Shown here piece after piece: positions 48,812-58,832 of a DNA stretch of 64,000 bases. The stretch is from Occultella glacieicola (GTDB lineage: Bacteria > Actinomycetota > Actinomycetes > Actinomycetales > Beutenbergiaceae). Location of the stretch: contig NZ_SMNA01000003.1 of the NCBI RefSeq assembly GCF_004353825.1, positions 186,001-250,000 on the forward strand, read 5' to 3'. Positions within the stretch are counted from its first letter, which is position 1. Every line of letters begins with the position of its first letter. Below the pieces are notes generated by a model. It had not been told where the DNA came from and searched no databases. It saw only the letters and a program-made list of their open reading frames with translations. Made by a program: the position numbers and the translations under genes.

Positions 48812-49750
48812 TCATGGGCCGTCGAACTGGACCCAGCCGCACAGCCAGATTCGCAGTTGATCGGAGTCCGGGCTGCCCTCGACGGCGTAGCCCACCTGGT
48901 TCCAGCCGTCCCGAACGATCGGGTCGCCACCCGACGGGCTCGCCCCGAGAACCGCCAGCCCGGTCAGGTCGCCGGACTCGGCGGCCACGGCGCCGCCCGG
49001 TGCCGCCGAGACCCCGGACGGTGCCTGCTGCCCCGCGTCCGCGTCGCGGAGGATCTCCGAGGCGGGGAAGCCGCAGGTGCCGCCCCACCCGCCGGGTCCG
49101 TCGACCCGCACGGGTGCGCCGTCGGCGATGCCGACCACCCGGGTGCGGTCATGCGTGGCGCCGCCGTCCACGCAGTCCACCACGTTCTCGCTCGCGGTGA
49201 GGGTCTCCGAGATCGCGAACCCGGAGTCGGCCGGCTCGACGACCGACACGGCGTCCCGGCAGGCGCCGGACTGGGCCACGACGTCGACGAGCTGCACGGC
49301 CTGCTCGGCGCCCTCGTCCCATTCCCAGGCGTAGTACTGGGTCGCGGTCTCGTTGCCGGTCATGACGAACAGAGCCGCGAGTGCGTCGTCGTCGCCATCG
49401 CCGTCGGCATCGGCGTAGACGACCTCACGCAACTCGTAGGTCCACCCCTCGACGGTGCCGGTGCCGTCGGCGAGCTCGACCTCGGCCGGCGGGTTCAGGG
49501 GCCAGGACAGCGGGGACGGGTCCAGCGTCCAGGTCATCGCCCCGAGATCGACGCTTGCGATCGCGTGCGGATCCGCGGTCGGTTCCTCCGGGGTGGGCGC
49601 CTCGGTGGGCTCGTCGGTCGTGATCTCCTGCGTTGGCTCGTCCGGTGGCTCGGACCCGCCGCCGTCCGTACAGCCTGCGAGCGCCAGGGCCGCGGCGCCC
49701 GTCAGCGCTGCCACGGCGCGCGATCGCCTGCCCCAGGACCTCGACCTCAT
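48812..49750 (-). CDS. Hypothetical lipoprotein
   Basis: Basic N-terminus, LALAGC lipobox, EPT-rich linker, DADGDGDDD loop. Confidence 0.75.
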   Translation of the reverse strand: MRSRSWGRRSRAVAALTGAAALALAGCTDGGGSEPPDEPTQEITTDEPTEAPTPEEPTADPHAIASVDLGAMTWTLDPSPLSWPLNPPAEVELADGTGTVEGWTYELREVVYADADGDGDDDALAALFVMTGNETATQYYAWEWDEGAEQAVQLVDVVAQSGACRDAVSVVEPADSGFAISETLTASENVVDCVDGGATHDRTRVVGIADGAPVRVDGPGGWGGTCGFPASEILRDADAGQQAPSGVSAAPGGAVAAESGDLTGLAVLGASPSGGDPIVRDGWNQVGYAVEGSPDSDQLRIWLCGWVQFDGP

Positions 49751-49847
49751 GCGAATCCCCCGATGTCGTTGCGCTCGGTCTGGCCCGCTCACAATGCCAC
49801 AAGCGGTGGCGATCGGTCCCGCCCGATCTTCCCGCTACGTTGGGGCG

Positions 49848-50699
49848 GTGACCGCCCCGAGCACGCCCGACTGGCACCCCGAACCGTTGACGGTCAAGGT
49901 CGATCCGGCCCACGGCGGCCGGTGGACGAGCCTGCGCACGCCGACCCGGGAGTGGCTCTGGACGAACCCCGACCCCGGCGTCGCCGCGGCCCGCACCGAG
50001 GTCCGGCCCGGGCAGGCGTTCGTCGACGCCGGCGGCCTCGAGGAGTGCTTCCCGACCATCAACGGCAGCCCTGACCACGGGCACGCCTGGAGCCGTCCCT
50101 GGGCGGTCGGGCCCGACGATCGTGCCGACCCCGACCCCGACCACGGCGACGCCGGGTACCTGGCGGTCGCGACGCCGTCGGGCAGGTTGCACCGGCGGAT
50201 CGAGGTGAGCGACGGCGCCGTCACGGCCCGCTACCTGGTCACCGGCGAACCCGGCACGGTGTTCCACCACGCGGCGCACGCGCTGCTGGACCTGTCCCCC
50301 GCCGCGACCTGGGCGGCCGCGGGGCGACGGCGGACCACCGGAGCGACCGACTCGGCGACGCCGGTGGAGCACCTCGGTCCCGACGACGGCTCTGCCGTCG
50401 GCATCGTCGTCGAGGGCGCCCGTGCGGTGACGGTGACCGACGCCGACCACCGACTCCGGCTCACCTGGGGCACGGACCGCGACACGGACAGCGGTCACTG
50501 CTCCCTGATGGTCTGGCGGAACCTGCGCGGCTGGCCCGCCACCGGGCCATACCGGTCGATCGGCATCGAGCCCTTGATCGGGCGCAACTCCGACCTGGCG
50601 GTCTCGCTCGCCGAGCCCGGCGAGGTGCCCCGGATCGGACCGGACGGGACGTTCGGGTGGTGGCTGCGGTTCGCCGCGGACCGGTACGCCCGATCCTGA
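49848..50699 (+). CDS. Galactose-mutarotase-like fold hypothetical protein
   Basis: HGGRWTSL, REWLW, GGLEECFPT, DHGHAWS, HAAHALL, SIGIEP; TACGTT 6 nt upstream of GTG. Confidence 0.65.
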   Translation: MTAPSTPDWHPEPLTVKVDPAHGGRWTSLRTPTREWLWTNPDPGVAAARTEVRPGQAFVDAGGLEECFPTINGSPDHGHAWSRPWAVGPDDRADPDPDHGDAGYLAVATPSGRLHRRIEVSDGAVTARYLVTGEPGTVFHHAAHALLDLSPAATWAAAGRRRTTGATDSATPVEHLGPDDGSAVGIVVEGARAVTVTDADHRLRLTWGTDRDTDSGHCSLMVWRNLRGWPATGPYRSIGIEPLIGRNSDLAVSLAEPGEVPRIGPDGTFGWWLRFAADRYARS

Positions 50700-50714
50700 C
50701 CGGCCGCCGGCCGA

Positions 50715-51182
50715 CTACACCGCCGTCCGCAGCGCTGCCAGGGCCCGGTCCAGTTCGTCGGCGGCGGCGAGGAGCTCGGTCCGGGCGGCGGACGGCGAAC
50801 CGTCCGCCTGGGCAGCCGCGTAGGCGGTCATCCGCCGACGCAGGGAACCGGTCGTGGTGGCGGCCTGTTCGGCCAGCTCCCGCGGCCGCACGGTCGTGGC
50901 CCGATCGCGCAGCGCCTGAGCGGACCTGGTCAGGGTGTCCGTGCGGTGCTCCAGGTCGGACCACACCTCGGGGCCGGCAGCGCCGACGTGCTGGCCCCAG
51001 ATCCGCACGGCGTCCACGACCTCGGCACCCTGGTCCGCGAGGGTGTTGGCCTCGTCGTGCCAGCGCACCGCGCGCCCGGAACGACGGGCCGCGGTGCCGA
51101 TCGCGATACCCGCCAGGGCCAGGAGGACCAGACCCACCACGACCCACGTCATGATGGGCCCGGCCCCGGCGACGTCCTGCAC
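50715..51182 (-). CDS. Hypothetical single-TM helical protein
   Basis: N-terminal hydrophobic helix then an Ala-rich helical region; lies just downstream of DUF1269; start may be about 51152-51155. Confidence 0.6.
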   Translation of the reverse strand: MQDVAGAGPIMTWVVVGLVLLALAGIAIGTAARRSGRAVRWHDEANTLADQGAEVVDAVRIWGQHVGAAGPEVWSDLEHRTDTLTRSAQALRDRATTVRPRELAEQAATTTGSLRRRMTAYAAAQADGSPSAARTELLAAADELDRALAALRTAV

Positions 51183-51189
51183 GGTCTGC

Positions 51190-51687
51190 TCAGTCCTCCT
51201 CGGAGAACGCCTCGCGCAGTTTGGCCTCCTGCTCGTTGCTGAGGTTCGACTGGATCAGGGTGCCCCGGATGCCCCGGGCCTGCAGGTTGTCCTTGACCTT
51301 GTCCACCACTGCGTTCTCGGACATCAGGAACAGGGCGGACGTGCCGGGCACGACCTGATCGCGGACCGACCCGATGAACTCGTCATCGATGCCGACGTCG
51401 GTGAGCGCCCCGGTGAGTGCCCCGATCCCGGCACCGATCGCCGCGCCGAGGAACGGCACGAAGAAGATCAGCCCGAACAGCAGCCCCCAGAACCCACCAC
51501 CCAGAGCCCCCACACCGGCCGTGTTCAGTCCCTGACGCGTCTTCGGCTTCTTCTTGCCGGCCTCCCAGGACACGGTCGCGGTGTCGCCGATCGTGATCAG
51601 CCCCTGCTTCGACAGGTCCCCCAGGGCCACGGACGCGGCATCGGCGCCCTCAGCGGTGTCGAACTTCCAAACGCTCAGCGTTGCCAT
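51190..51687 (-). CDS. DUF1269 domain protein
   Basis: MATLSVWKF, GALGGGFWGLLFGLIFFVP, DVGIDDEFI, PGTSALF, SNLSNEQE; AAGGAG upstream. Confidence 0.88.
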   Translation of the reverse strand: MATLSVWKFDTAEGADAASVALGDLSKQGLITIGDTATVSWEAGKKKPKTRQGLNTAGVGALGGGFWGLLFGLIFFVPFLGAAIGAGIGALTGALTDVGIDDEFIGSVRDQVVPGTSALFLMSENAVVDKVKDNLQARGIRGTLIQSNLSNEQEAKLREAFSEED

Positions 51688-51779
51688 ACTGCATGTCTCC
51701 TTCTGGTGGTGGACCGGCACGAACTCCTCGAACCCGGTCGGTGCTCCACCATCGTGCGGAGCAAGCCGCGGGTGGCGCC

Positions 51780-51796
51780 TCATCCCTGGCGGGTGA
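51780..51796. promoter_or_regulatory. TCAYCC-N5-GGRTGA box 1
   Basis: TCATCC-CTGGC-GGGTGA; minus-strand CACGAT 23 nt toward DUF1269. Confidence 0.7.
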
Positions 51797-51913
51797 ACTC
51801 GTCGGGGATGGGACGCCGATGTGATGCGCCCTTCGTCCGGAACGCGTGAGGCGGACGCGACGGGCGCGGGCGAGGCTGGGTGCTGATGTCGAGAGGTCCC
51901 GGAGGAGGTTGTG

Positions 51914-52120
51914 GTGCGCTACGAGATCCGAGTCCGTGGGAGCGTCGACCCCGACCGTCTGGCCGACCTGGGTGACATCTCGGTCGCCATCGCGGGCCGG
52001 GACACGATCCTGGAGTGCCGGGTTCCCGACGTGGCCGCCCTGGTCGGGATCCTGCGCGCCCTGACGCACGAGGGCCTGGCCGTCCGGGAGATCCGCACGG
52101 TGGACGGTGGGACCGGCTGA
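51914..52120 (+). CDS. Small ACT-like hypothetical protein (paralog 1)
   Basis: GGAGGAGG RBS; RYEIRVRG..TILECRVPD..LTHEGLAVREIR; alternative start 51911; similar to 58833..59042. Confidence 0.75.
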   Translation: MRYEIRVRGSVDPDRLADLGDISVAIAGRDTILECRVPDVAALVGILRALTHEGLAVREIRTVDGGTG

Positions 52121-52124
52121 CCGA

Positions 52125-53876
52125 TCAGGCGCCGCCGGACTCCGGGCCGCCGCCCGCCTCCGGTCGGTCGCCGGTCTCGTCCCGGCCCTCGGCCTCGGGG
52201 CGGTGTCGCACGCGCCGGCTCGTCGCCGCCTCCAGGGCATGCAGCGTGGACTCCCCGATGACATCGGTGGCCGGGAACACCTCGAGCGCGGCGCCGACCC
52301 CGCTGAGGCGCTCGGTGTCCCAATAGTTGACGAGGTCCTCGCTCAGGCCGCTGAGGTAGAGCCGGCCGCCGGTGCCCTCCAGACGACGGGCGTAGTCGGC
52401 GACCACCGTGAAGAAGGTGACGCCGAGGGTGCTCCGGCCCCGCAGCCGCAGCACGACGGCCGCGCCGGTCGCCACCGCGGGGTCCGGCAGGCGGGCCTGC
52501 AGGGTGCGCGCCCCGGCGTAGAACAGGCTGCCGTAGATGTCCAGGACCACGACGTCACGGGCGGCGAGGGCCTCGGGCGCGGGACGCTCGACGAGGTGGC
52601 CCTGCTCGTCCGGCACCAGCCGCACCACCTTCAGATCCACGGCCTCCTGGTTGAGCTGGACGAGCAGGGAGAGCGCCACCCCGATCCCGACGGCGATCAC
52701 GACGGGTAGGGCGAGGGTGGCCACGAACGTCGCTGTGAGCGCGATCTGAGAGCTCGGCCCGGCGCTCCAGATCGTGCGGATCCGGGCCGGGTTCAACGAG
52801 CCGATGGCCGCGAAGATCAGGATCGCTGCGAGCGTCGGCATCGCGACCCGTCCTACGAGCCCGGCGAACAGCACCAGGATGACCAGCATCCAGACGCCCG
52901 AGAAGACGGCCGCCCAGTGGGTCCTGGCCCCGGCCGCAACGTTGATCGCGGTCTGTCCCACCGATCCGCCCACGGGCATACCGCCGAAGGCCGCGGATGC
53001 CACGTTCCCCCATCCCTGGGCGCCGAAGTCGCGGTTGGCATTCGAGCGCCGCCCGGACGGGTTGGGTGCCGATTCGGCCACGCCGGCGCCCTGGACGAGC
53101 ACGATGGCGACGACCGCGAACGCCCCGCCGACGAGGCCGAGGGAGAACGCCCCGGGGGCCGGGATCTGAGGCAGCGGCAGACCTGTGGGGATCGCGCCGA
53201 CGTCGGACACGTCGGCGACCTCGAGCCCGAGGATCGCGACCGCGGCCGTCGGCAGGACCAGCGCGATCAGTGAGCTGACCGTCGCCAGGCGCCCCTTCGC
53301 CAGCACGACCAGCAGCACCAGGGCGGACAGGCCGATCACCAGTGACGTGGGATCGATGCGCCCGGGGTGGCTGATCAGGTCCCACGCCTTGAGCAACGCC
53401 ACCGGGCCGGACGCGTCGGCACCCGCCAGGTCCGGTAGCTGCCCGAAGATGATGTTCACCGAGACGCCGGTGAGGAACCCGGTCATGACCGAGTGCGAGA
53501 CGAACCGGGTGTACCGGCCCAGCCGCGCCAGCCCGGCCGCGACCATCAGGGCGCCGGCGATCAGGGTCAGCCAGATGATCGCGTCCGCCCGCTGGCCCTC
53601 CGGCACGGTCGCGATCGCGGAACCGGCCGCGAGCGCCGCCGCACTGGTCGTCGTGATCACCATCAGCCTGGTGCTGGCGGTCATCCCGCCAGCGAGCGGA
53701 CCGGCGAAACTCGCGTACAGGCCGTGGACGGGGTTGACGCCGGCGAGCACCCCCGAGGCCATGCCGTCCGGAACCGACGAGATCGCCCCGGGCAGGCCGG
53801 CGACGATGTCGGTGCGCAGGTCCTTCCAGCGCGGCAGCCGCAGGAGGCGACGCAGGCGGGTCGGCTCCTCCGTCAT
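52125..53876 (-). CDS. SulP/SLC26 anion transporter with STAS domain
   Basis: PDGMASGVLAG, HGLYAS, GFLTG, GMPVGGS, YGSLFYAGA. Confidence 0.9.
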   Translation of the reverse strand: MTEEPTRLRRLLRLPRWKDLRTDIVAGLPGAISSVPDGMASGVLAGVNPVHGLYASFAGPLAGGMTASTRLMVITTTSAAALAAGSAIATVPEGQRADAIIWLTLIAGALMVAAGLARLGRYTRFVSHSVMTGFLTGVSVNIIFGQLPDLAGADASGPVALLKAWDLISHPGRIDPTSLVIGLSALVLLVVLAKGRLATVSSLIALVLPTAAVAILGLEVADVSDVGAIPTGLPLPQIPAPGAFSLGLVGGAFAVVAIVLVQGAGVAESAPNPSGRRSNANRDFGAQGWGNVASAAFGGMPVGGSVGQTAINVAAGARTHWAAVFSGVWMLVILVLFAGLVGRVAMPTLAAILIFAAIGSLNPARIRTIWSAGPSSQIALTATFVATLALPVVIAVGIGVALSLLVQLNQEAVDLKVVRLVPDEQGHLVERPAPEALAARDVVVLDIYGSLFYAGARTLQARLPDPAVATGAAVVLRLRGRSTLGVTFFTVVADYARRLEGTGGRLYLSGLSEDLVNYWDTERLSGVGAALEVFPATDVIGESTLHALEAATSRRVRHRPEAEGRDETGDRPEAGGGPESGGA

Positions 53877-53886
53877 CTCGGCCCGC

Positions 53887-55047
53887 TCATGCCGTCGCCG
53901 CGGTCGGGGGCGCTGCACCCGGGTCCGGCTGCTCAGGGCCGGCCGGCGGGCCGCCACGCCGCCGACGGGCGACCGGGTCGTCGCGCAGCAGGGCCGAGTC
54001 GATGAGCTCGTGCCGGCGCAGGTAGGTCGAGATCACCGCCTGTGCGGTCGCCGCGAGGGGCAGGCCGACGAACGCACCGATGGGGCCGAGCACGGCACCG
54101 AAGGCGATGACGGCGACGAAGGACACGGCCGGGTTGATCTCCAGGGCCCTCGAGGAGACCCGCGGGGAGAGGATCAGGTTCTCGAACTGTTGGTAGGCGA
54201 TGATCCAGGCCAGCACCGCCAGGCCCAGCCCGATCGACTGCGCGCCGGCCACCGCGACGGGCAGGGCGCCGGCGATGTAGGTGCCCACGGTCGGGACGAA
54301 CTGGGAGACGATGCCCACGAACAGCCCGAGCGGAAGCGCGTAGCCGATGCCGATCAGCCCGAGGAAGATCGAGGTGCAGGTGGCCGAGACGAGCGCCAGC
54401 ACCACCCGGGAGCCGATGAACCCGGAGAGCTTCTCCTGGGCGATGGCCCACATGGCCAGCACCCGGGCCTGCCGGATCGGCTCCAACGGCCGGCAGATCG
54501 CGATCCGCAGCCGCGGCCCCGCCGCCAGCATGTAGAACGCGATCAGCAGCACCCCGGTCGCGGTGAGGAAGCCGGCGGCCAGGACCCCTCCGACGCCGAG
54601 GATCCCGCTGGCGAGATCGGCGCCGTACCGCTCCAGGGCCTCGGTCACGATCGCCTGCCGATCCGGGATCCGGCCCGCCAGAGCCGGGTCCAGGTTCGCC
54701 CGGAACGCGACCAGGGCGTCGTCGAGGGCGGTGAGCAGTTGCCCCAGTTGCGTCACGAACAGGTTCCCGAAGACGGCGACGAGCGCCACCACGGCGACGA
54801 GCCCGCCCAGCATCACCGTCGCCGTGGCCGGACCCCGGCGCCACCGGTGCCGGACAAGCCCGTTGACTGCCGGTTCCATGGCGAGCGCGAGGATGAACGC
54901 GATCACCACGGTGGAGATGACCCCCCGGAGCGAGCCGAGCACCCGGAACGCGACCACCGCGAGGATCGCCGCCAGGACCACCTGGACCAGTGCGCGCGGC
55001 AACCACGGAGGTGGTCGCCGGTCGGCAATCGGGTCGGACGCGCTCAC
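53887..55047 (-). CDS. AI-2E family (PerM) transporter
   Basis: LALAMEPAV, QFVPTVGT, YQQFENLILSPR, GAFVGLPLAA; TAGCGT 7 nt upstream (leaderless). Confidence 0.88.
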   Translation of the reverse strand: MSASDPIADRRPPPWLPRALVQVVLAAILAVVAFRVLGSLRGVISTVVIAFILALAMEPAVNGLVRHRWRRGPATATVMLGGLVAVVALVAVFGNLFVTQLGQLLTALDDALVAFRANLDPALAGRIPDRQAIVTEALERYGADLASGILGVGGVLAAGFLTATGVLLIAFYMLAAGPRLRIAICRPLEPIRQARVLAMWAIAQEKLSGFIGSRVVLALVSATCTSIFLGLIGIGYALPLGLFVGIVSQFVPTVGTYIAGALPVAVAGAQSIGLGLAVLAWIIAYQQFENLILSPRVSSRALEINPAVSFVAVIAFGAVLGPIGAFVGLPLAATAQAVISTYLRRHELIDSALLRDDPVARRRRGGPPAGPEQPDPGAAPPTAATA

Positions 55048-55082
55048 CTCGTGGACGCTACGCCGCGGCCGGTCCGCCGGAC

Positions 55083-55099
55083 TCACCCCATCCGCATGA
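55083..55099. promoter_or_regulatory. TCAYCC-N5-GGRTGA box 2
   Basis: TCACCC-CATCC-GCATGA, 22 nt upstream of TAGCGT (55060-55055). Confidence 0.65.
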
Positions 55100-55116
55100 C
55101 ACCGCCGTGGAGCCGT

Positions 55117-57858
55117 TCAGAGGAGTTCGCGCTCCACCGCGATCCGGACCGCCTCCCGCCGCCCGGACGCACCGAGCTTGCGGTACACGGCGCGCATGTG
55201 GGTCTTCACGGTGTTCGCCGACACGAACAGCGACCTGCCGATCTCGGCGGCCGTCATCGGTGACCTGAGGTAGGTCAGGACCGTCAGCTCGCGGTCGGTG
55301 AGCTCCCAGAACGAGGAGGACCGGTGGATCGGGACCCGGTCCCGGATCTGGGTGACGAGGTCCACGACGAACGTCCCGTGCTGGGTGCCCCAGGCGAGAT
55401 GCGCGGACAGCAGCGGGGAGATCTCCGACGCATGGTCCAGGAACGGGCGGGTGATCCCGAGCCCTTCGGCCGTGCCGAGGACGCCCTCAAGGAGCAGGTG
55501 GGCGTCCTCGGTCGCACCCTCGGCGGCGGCCAGCAGCGCCGAGGTGAGACCCACACCGATCTCGACATGATCCCCGCGGGGTTCGGCCGGGATTCCGGCC
55601 AGCACGGCGCGAGCTTCGGTCGGTGCACCGGCCCGGCGGTGCAGGTTCGCCACCCAGACCCGGACGACCGGGTCGGTGGGCACGATCCCGGCGACCCGCG
55701 CCAGCGCCGCCCTCGGGTCGGCGTGGGCGTCCTCGCGGAGCCCGTCCATGATCGCCTCGATCCGGACGGCGGCGATCCGTGCCCCTGGCTCCCCGTCCGC
55801 CCGGACGGCTCGCCGGGCGGACGCCGCGAGGGCGGCGTCGTCGGTGGCCAGCGCGACCAGCATCAGGTGCAGCGCCGCGTCCTCACGGAGCCGTGACTGT
55901 CGGGGCTGGGACCGCCGGACCGCCTCTTCGAGGTGCTCACGGGCCGGCCCGGGACGGTCGCGCCAGTGTTCGGTCACGCCGAGGACCAGATGGGCCGGGA
56001 CCAGCGAACTGGAGCCGGATCGCCCCGCCCTGCGTCCGCCGTCGACCGCGGTCCGGGCCAGCGTGGCGGACTCCTCGAACCGGCCCAATGCGAAGGTGGG
56101 CACGCACGCGAGCGCTGCGCTCGCAGCCTCGAGCTCAGGTAGGGCCGCCCCGGACGCCAGGGTCTCGGCGCGGCGGAGGTCCCCCAGCGCGACGGCGGCG
56201 TCCTCCTGGAGCCGGACCGCGGCCTCCCCGACGAGGAAGAACCCGAACGCCTCGACCGCGCGGTCCTCGGGTGCACACCCCGGGAGCAGCGCGCGCACCC
56301 GGGCCGCGGCCGCGACCAGTTCCGCATCGTCGGTCGCCACGAACAGTTCCAGCAGGGCGTCCACGATCTCGACGCGACGCGAGCGGTCCGCCGGCAGCGA
56401 CGCAGCCCGGACCCGAGCCCTGGCCCGGGTCGCTCGACCCACGCTCCGGTCGTCGAGGAACTCACACAGTGCCAGGACGAACAGCACCTCAGGGTCGTCC
56501 GCCTCGGGCACCGAGAGCTGTGCGCACAGCCGCCGGAGCACCTCCGACTCACCCCGGAGCAGCAGGTCGGGCCAGTGCGTGCGCACCAGCGCCAGCGCGT
56601 ACCGTCCGTCCTGACCGGAGACAGCGAGCGAGACCGCGAGCGGCAGATCGGCCGACGCCCAGTAACGAGCGGCCCGGCGCCGCAGGGCCAGCGCGGTCTG
56701 CGGGTCGCCGCGCTCCAGGATCGCGCGGCACTGCGCGGCGAACAATGCGTGCCAGCGGAACTCCTGGGCGCCGCCGCCGACCACGGTGAGGAACACGCCG
56801 AGCCGCACGCACTCCTCCAGCAGCGCGGCACCATCCGGATGGAGCACCGCGGCAAGGTCGCCGCGGATTCGATCACCGATGGTGGCGTGCAGGATGAACG
56901 TGGCGAGTTCCGGCCGCAGGGTCCCGAGGATCTCGTCCGTGAGGTACCCGGTCAGCGGCAGGTCGGCGCCGCGCATCGCGAGCAGCCGGCTACGCAGGTC
57001 CCTGGAGGAGCCGAGTGCGACGATCGCCATCCGCACCGCCACCGGCCAGCCCCCGGTCGAGTCCAGCAGCAGGTCGGCGTCCGACTCCTCGAGTTCGAGG
57101 CCGGACCGCGTCGCCACCGCGACCACATCCGCCCGACCGAAGGCGAGGTCCGCCTCCCGGAGCTCGCCGAGGGTGCCGTCGAGACGACGCCGGTGCACGG
57201 GCAGGTTCGGGTCGGACCGGCCGGAGAGGATGAGCCGCAGGCTCGGCGGCGCGAACTTCAGCAGCCGGCCGATCACCTCCCGGGACGCCACGTCGTCGAC
57301 CTCGTGCAGGTCGTCGACGATCAGGACGATCGGCGCCCGGAGGTCCTCGAGGGCGGTCAGCAGCGCATCGTACTGCTCCGGATCCACCCGGTAGCGAGGC
57401 ACCAGTGCCAGCAGCCGGGTCGCGTCCCTGCGCCCGTCCCGGCGCACCGCCGCCTGGAGGGCGTTGACCAGTCCGCGGAAGAGCCGGCGCGGGTCGTTGT
57501 CGAACTCGTCGACGGTCAGCCAGGCGACGGTCCGCTCCCCCTGGGCACACCACGTCGTCAGCAGGGTGGACTTGCCATAGCCGGCGGGCGCGCTCACGAG
57601 GGTGAGCCCGTGCTCCGCCACGTCCTCGCTCAGGCGGTCCAGGAGCGCGTGGCGCGCGAGGACGTGCGCCCCGACGTCGGGAACCTCGACCTTCGCCACC
57701 GGTGTGGTCGCAGCCCAGGCCGGGTCCACCTGGTCCTCGTCCGGGACCCGCTCGCTCCCGGCCAACTCGAAGAGCGCGTGTCGCCCAAGTGCCTCGGTGG
57801 CCACCGGCGCAGCCCCATCGTCACCCTCGCCTGACTTCCCGCCCCGACCCGACGTCAT
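55117..57858 (-). CDS. MalT-like LuxR regulator (STAND-type ATPase + TPR-like region + LuxR HTH)
   Basis: Walker A APAGYGKS, Walker B LIVDDLH, TGGWPVA, FRWHALF; HTH LTDRELTVL..EIGRSLFVSANTVKTHMRAVYRKL. Start uncertain. Confidence 0.9.
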   Translation of the reverse strand: MTSGRGGKSGEGDDGAAPVATEALGRHALFELAGSERVPDEDQVDPAWAATTPVAKVEVPDVGAHVLARHALLDRLSEDVAEHGLTLVSAPAGYGKSTLLTTWCAQGERTVAWLTVDEFDNDPRRLFRGLVNALQAAVRRDGRRDATRLLALVPRYRVDPEQYDALLTALEDLRAPIVLIVDDLHEVDDVASREVIGRLLKFAPPSLRLILSGRSDPNLPVHRRRLDGTLGELREADLAFGRADVVAVATRSGLELEESDADLLLDSTGGWPVAVRMAIVALGSSRDLRSRLLAMRGADLPLTGYLTDEILGTLRPELATFILHATIGDRIRGDLAAVLHPDGAALLEECVRLGVFLTVVGGGAQEFRWHALFAAQCRAILERGDPQTALALRRRAARYWASADLPLAVSLAVSGQDGRYALALVRTHWPDLLLRGESEVLRRLCAQLSVPEADDPEVLFVLALCEFLDDRSVGRATRARARVRAASLPADRSRRVEIVDALLELFVATDDAELVAAAARVRALLPGCAPEDRAVEAFGFFLVGEAAVRLQEDAAVALGDLRRAETLASGAALPELEAASAALACVPTFALGRFEESATLARTAVDGGRRAGRSGSSSLVPAHLVLGVTEHWRDRPGPAREHLEEAVRRSQPRQSRLREDAALHLMLVALATDDAALAASARRAVRADGEPGARIAAVRIEAIMDGLREDAHADPRAALARVAGIVPTDPVVRVWVANLHRRAGAPTEARAVLAGIPAEPRGDHVEIGVGLTSALLAAAEGATEDAHLLLEGVLGTAEGLGITRPFLDHASEISPLLSAHLAWGTQHGTFVVDLVTQIRDRVPIHRSSSFWELTDRELTVLTYLRSPMTAAEIGRSLFVSANTVKTHMRAVYRKLGASGRREAVRIAVERELL

Positions 57859-57988
57859 CCGTCGCCCCACCTCATCGCCATCCGTCACCGACGCGCACGG
57901 ACGGCGCGCATCCCCCTGCCTCACATCCAAGGGAGTACGCCGGTTCCGTGTCAACCACCCCGGCCCGCCGGCACCGGCGCGTGTCGGT

Positions 57989-58663
57989 TCAGGCGAGGAT
58001 CGTGAGCGCGTCCCCGACCAGCTTGGTGCCGAGGACCAGCAGCAGGACGCACATGATGACAGCGTTGTTCGCCACCATCCAGGCCCGCACGCCCTCGAGC
58101 AGCTGTGCCGCCCGCGCGCCCATCACGAAGTAGATCAGCACCGGAATCACGATGCCGATGCTCGCCACGACCGTGAACACGGCCAGCGCGGCGAACTCCT
58201 CACCCCGGGCGTCGGTGGCGTGCACGATCGCGGTCGCGCCCGAGACCACGAGCAGCAGGTTCTTCGGGTTGATCCCGCCCAGGAGGAACGCCAGGCCGAA
58301 CGCCTTGACCGGTGTGAACGTGTCGATCGCGGCCATCCACTTCGGTGCTTCCGGCTCGACGCCCGCCCGCGGACGTCCACGCCATTGCCTGACCGCGAGG
58401 AGCAGCAGTCCCAGCCCGAGCACCAGCTTGAGGATGCCCACCCAGACCGCAGGCTCGCCGTCGTCCCCGCCGGCCGCGCCACCGACGAGGAGGATGACCG
58501 CGGAGCCGACCGCCGCGATCCCCACGATCCAGCCGAGCACGAACGCCACGCCGTTCGCGCGGGCCCGCGCCGAGACCAGCATCAGCACGACCGCCACGAT
58601 CGGCATCGGAGACACCAGCACACCGACCGCAATCGGCAGGGACTGACCGACCGCCTCGCCCAT
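57989..58663 (-). CDS. GAP family (LysE-superfamily) membrane protein
   Basis: SPMPIVAVVL, PKWMAAID, INPKNLLL, WMVANNAVIM; GAGGAGG RBS. Confidence 0.85.
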   Translation of the reverse strand: MGEAVGQSLPIAVGVLVSPMPIVAVVLMLVSARARANGVAFVLGWIVGIAAVGSAVILLVGGAAGGDDGEPAVWVGILKLVLGLGLLLLAVRQWRGRPRAGVEPEAPKWMAAIDTFTPVKAFGLAFLLGGINPKNLLLVVSGATAIVHATDARGEEFAALAVFTVVASIGIVIPVLIYFVMGARAAQLLEGVRAWMVANNAVIMCVLLLVLGTKLVGDALTILA

Positions 58664-58751
58664 GGTGGGCCTCCTCGTCCTTTCGTCTGCGCGACCGGGG
58701 TGGCCGAGACTCGACTGGTGCCATCCTCGCCCGGTGGGTCGGCAGGTGTGC

Positions 58752-58768
58752 TCATCCACAACGGGTGG
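58752..58768. promoter_or_regulatory. TCAYCC-N5-GGRTGA box 3 (bidirectional)
   Basis: TCATCC-ACAAC-GGGTGG; plus-strand CACACT 22 nt away, minus-strand GAGGAT 23 nt away. Confidence 0.65.
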
Positions 58769-58832
58769 TTCGCCCACCGGCGCACCGGCGCACACTCGAG
58801 GGACCGCAGTCGGCCCTGCTCAAGGAGGTCGC

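Noticed and set aside
58721..58737. Possible fifth box CCATCC-N5-CGGTGG, plus half-sites near 51807, 57821, 57855 and 62903
   Set aside because: Three or more mismatches or only half-sites, expected by chance in GC-rich DNA; not counted.
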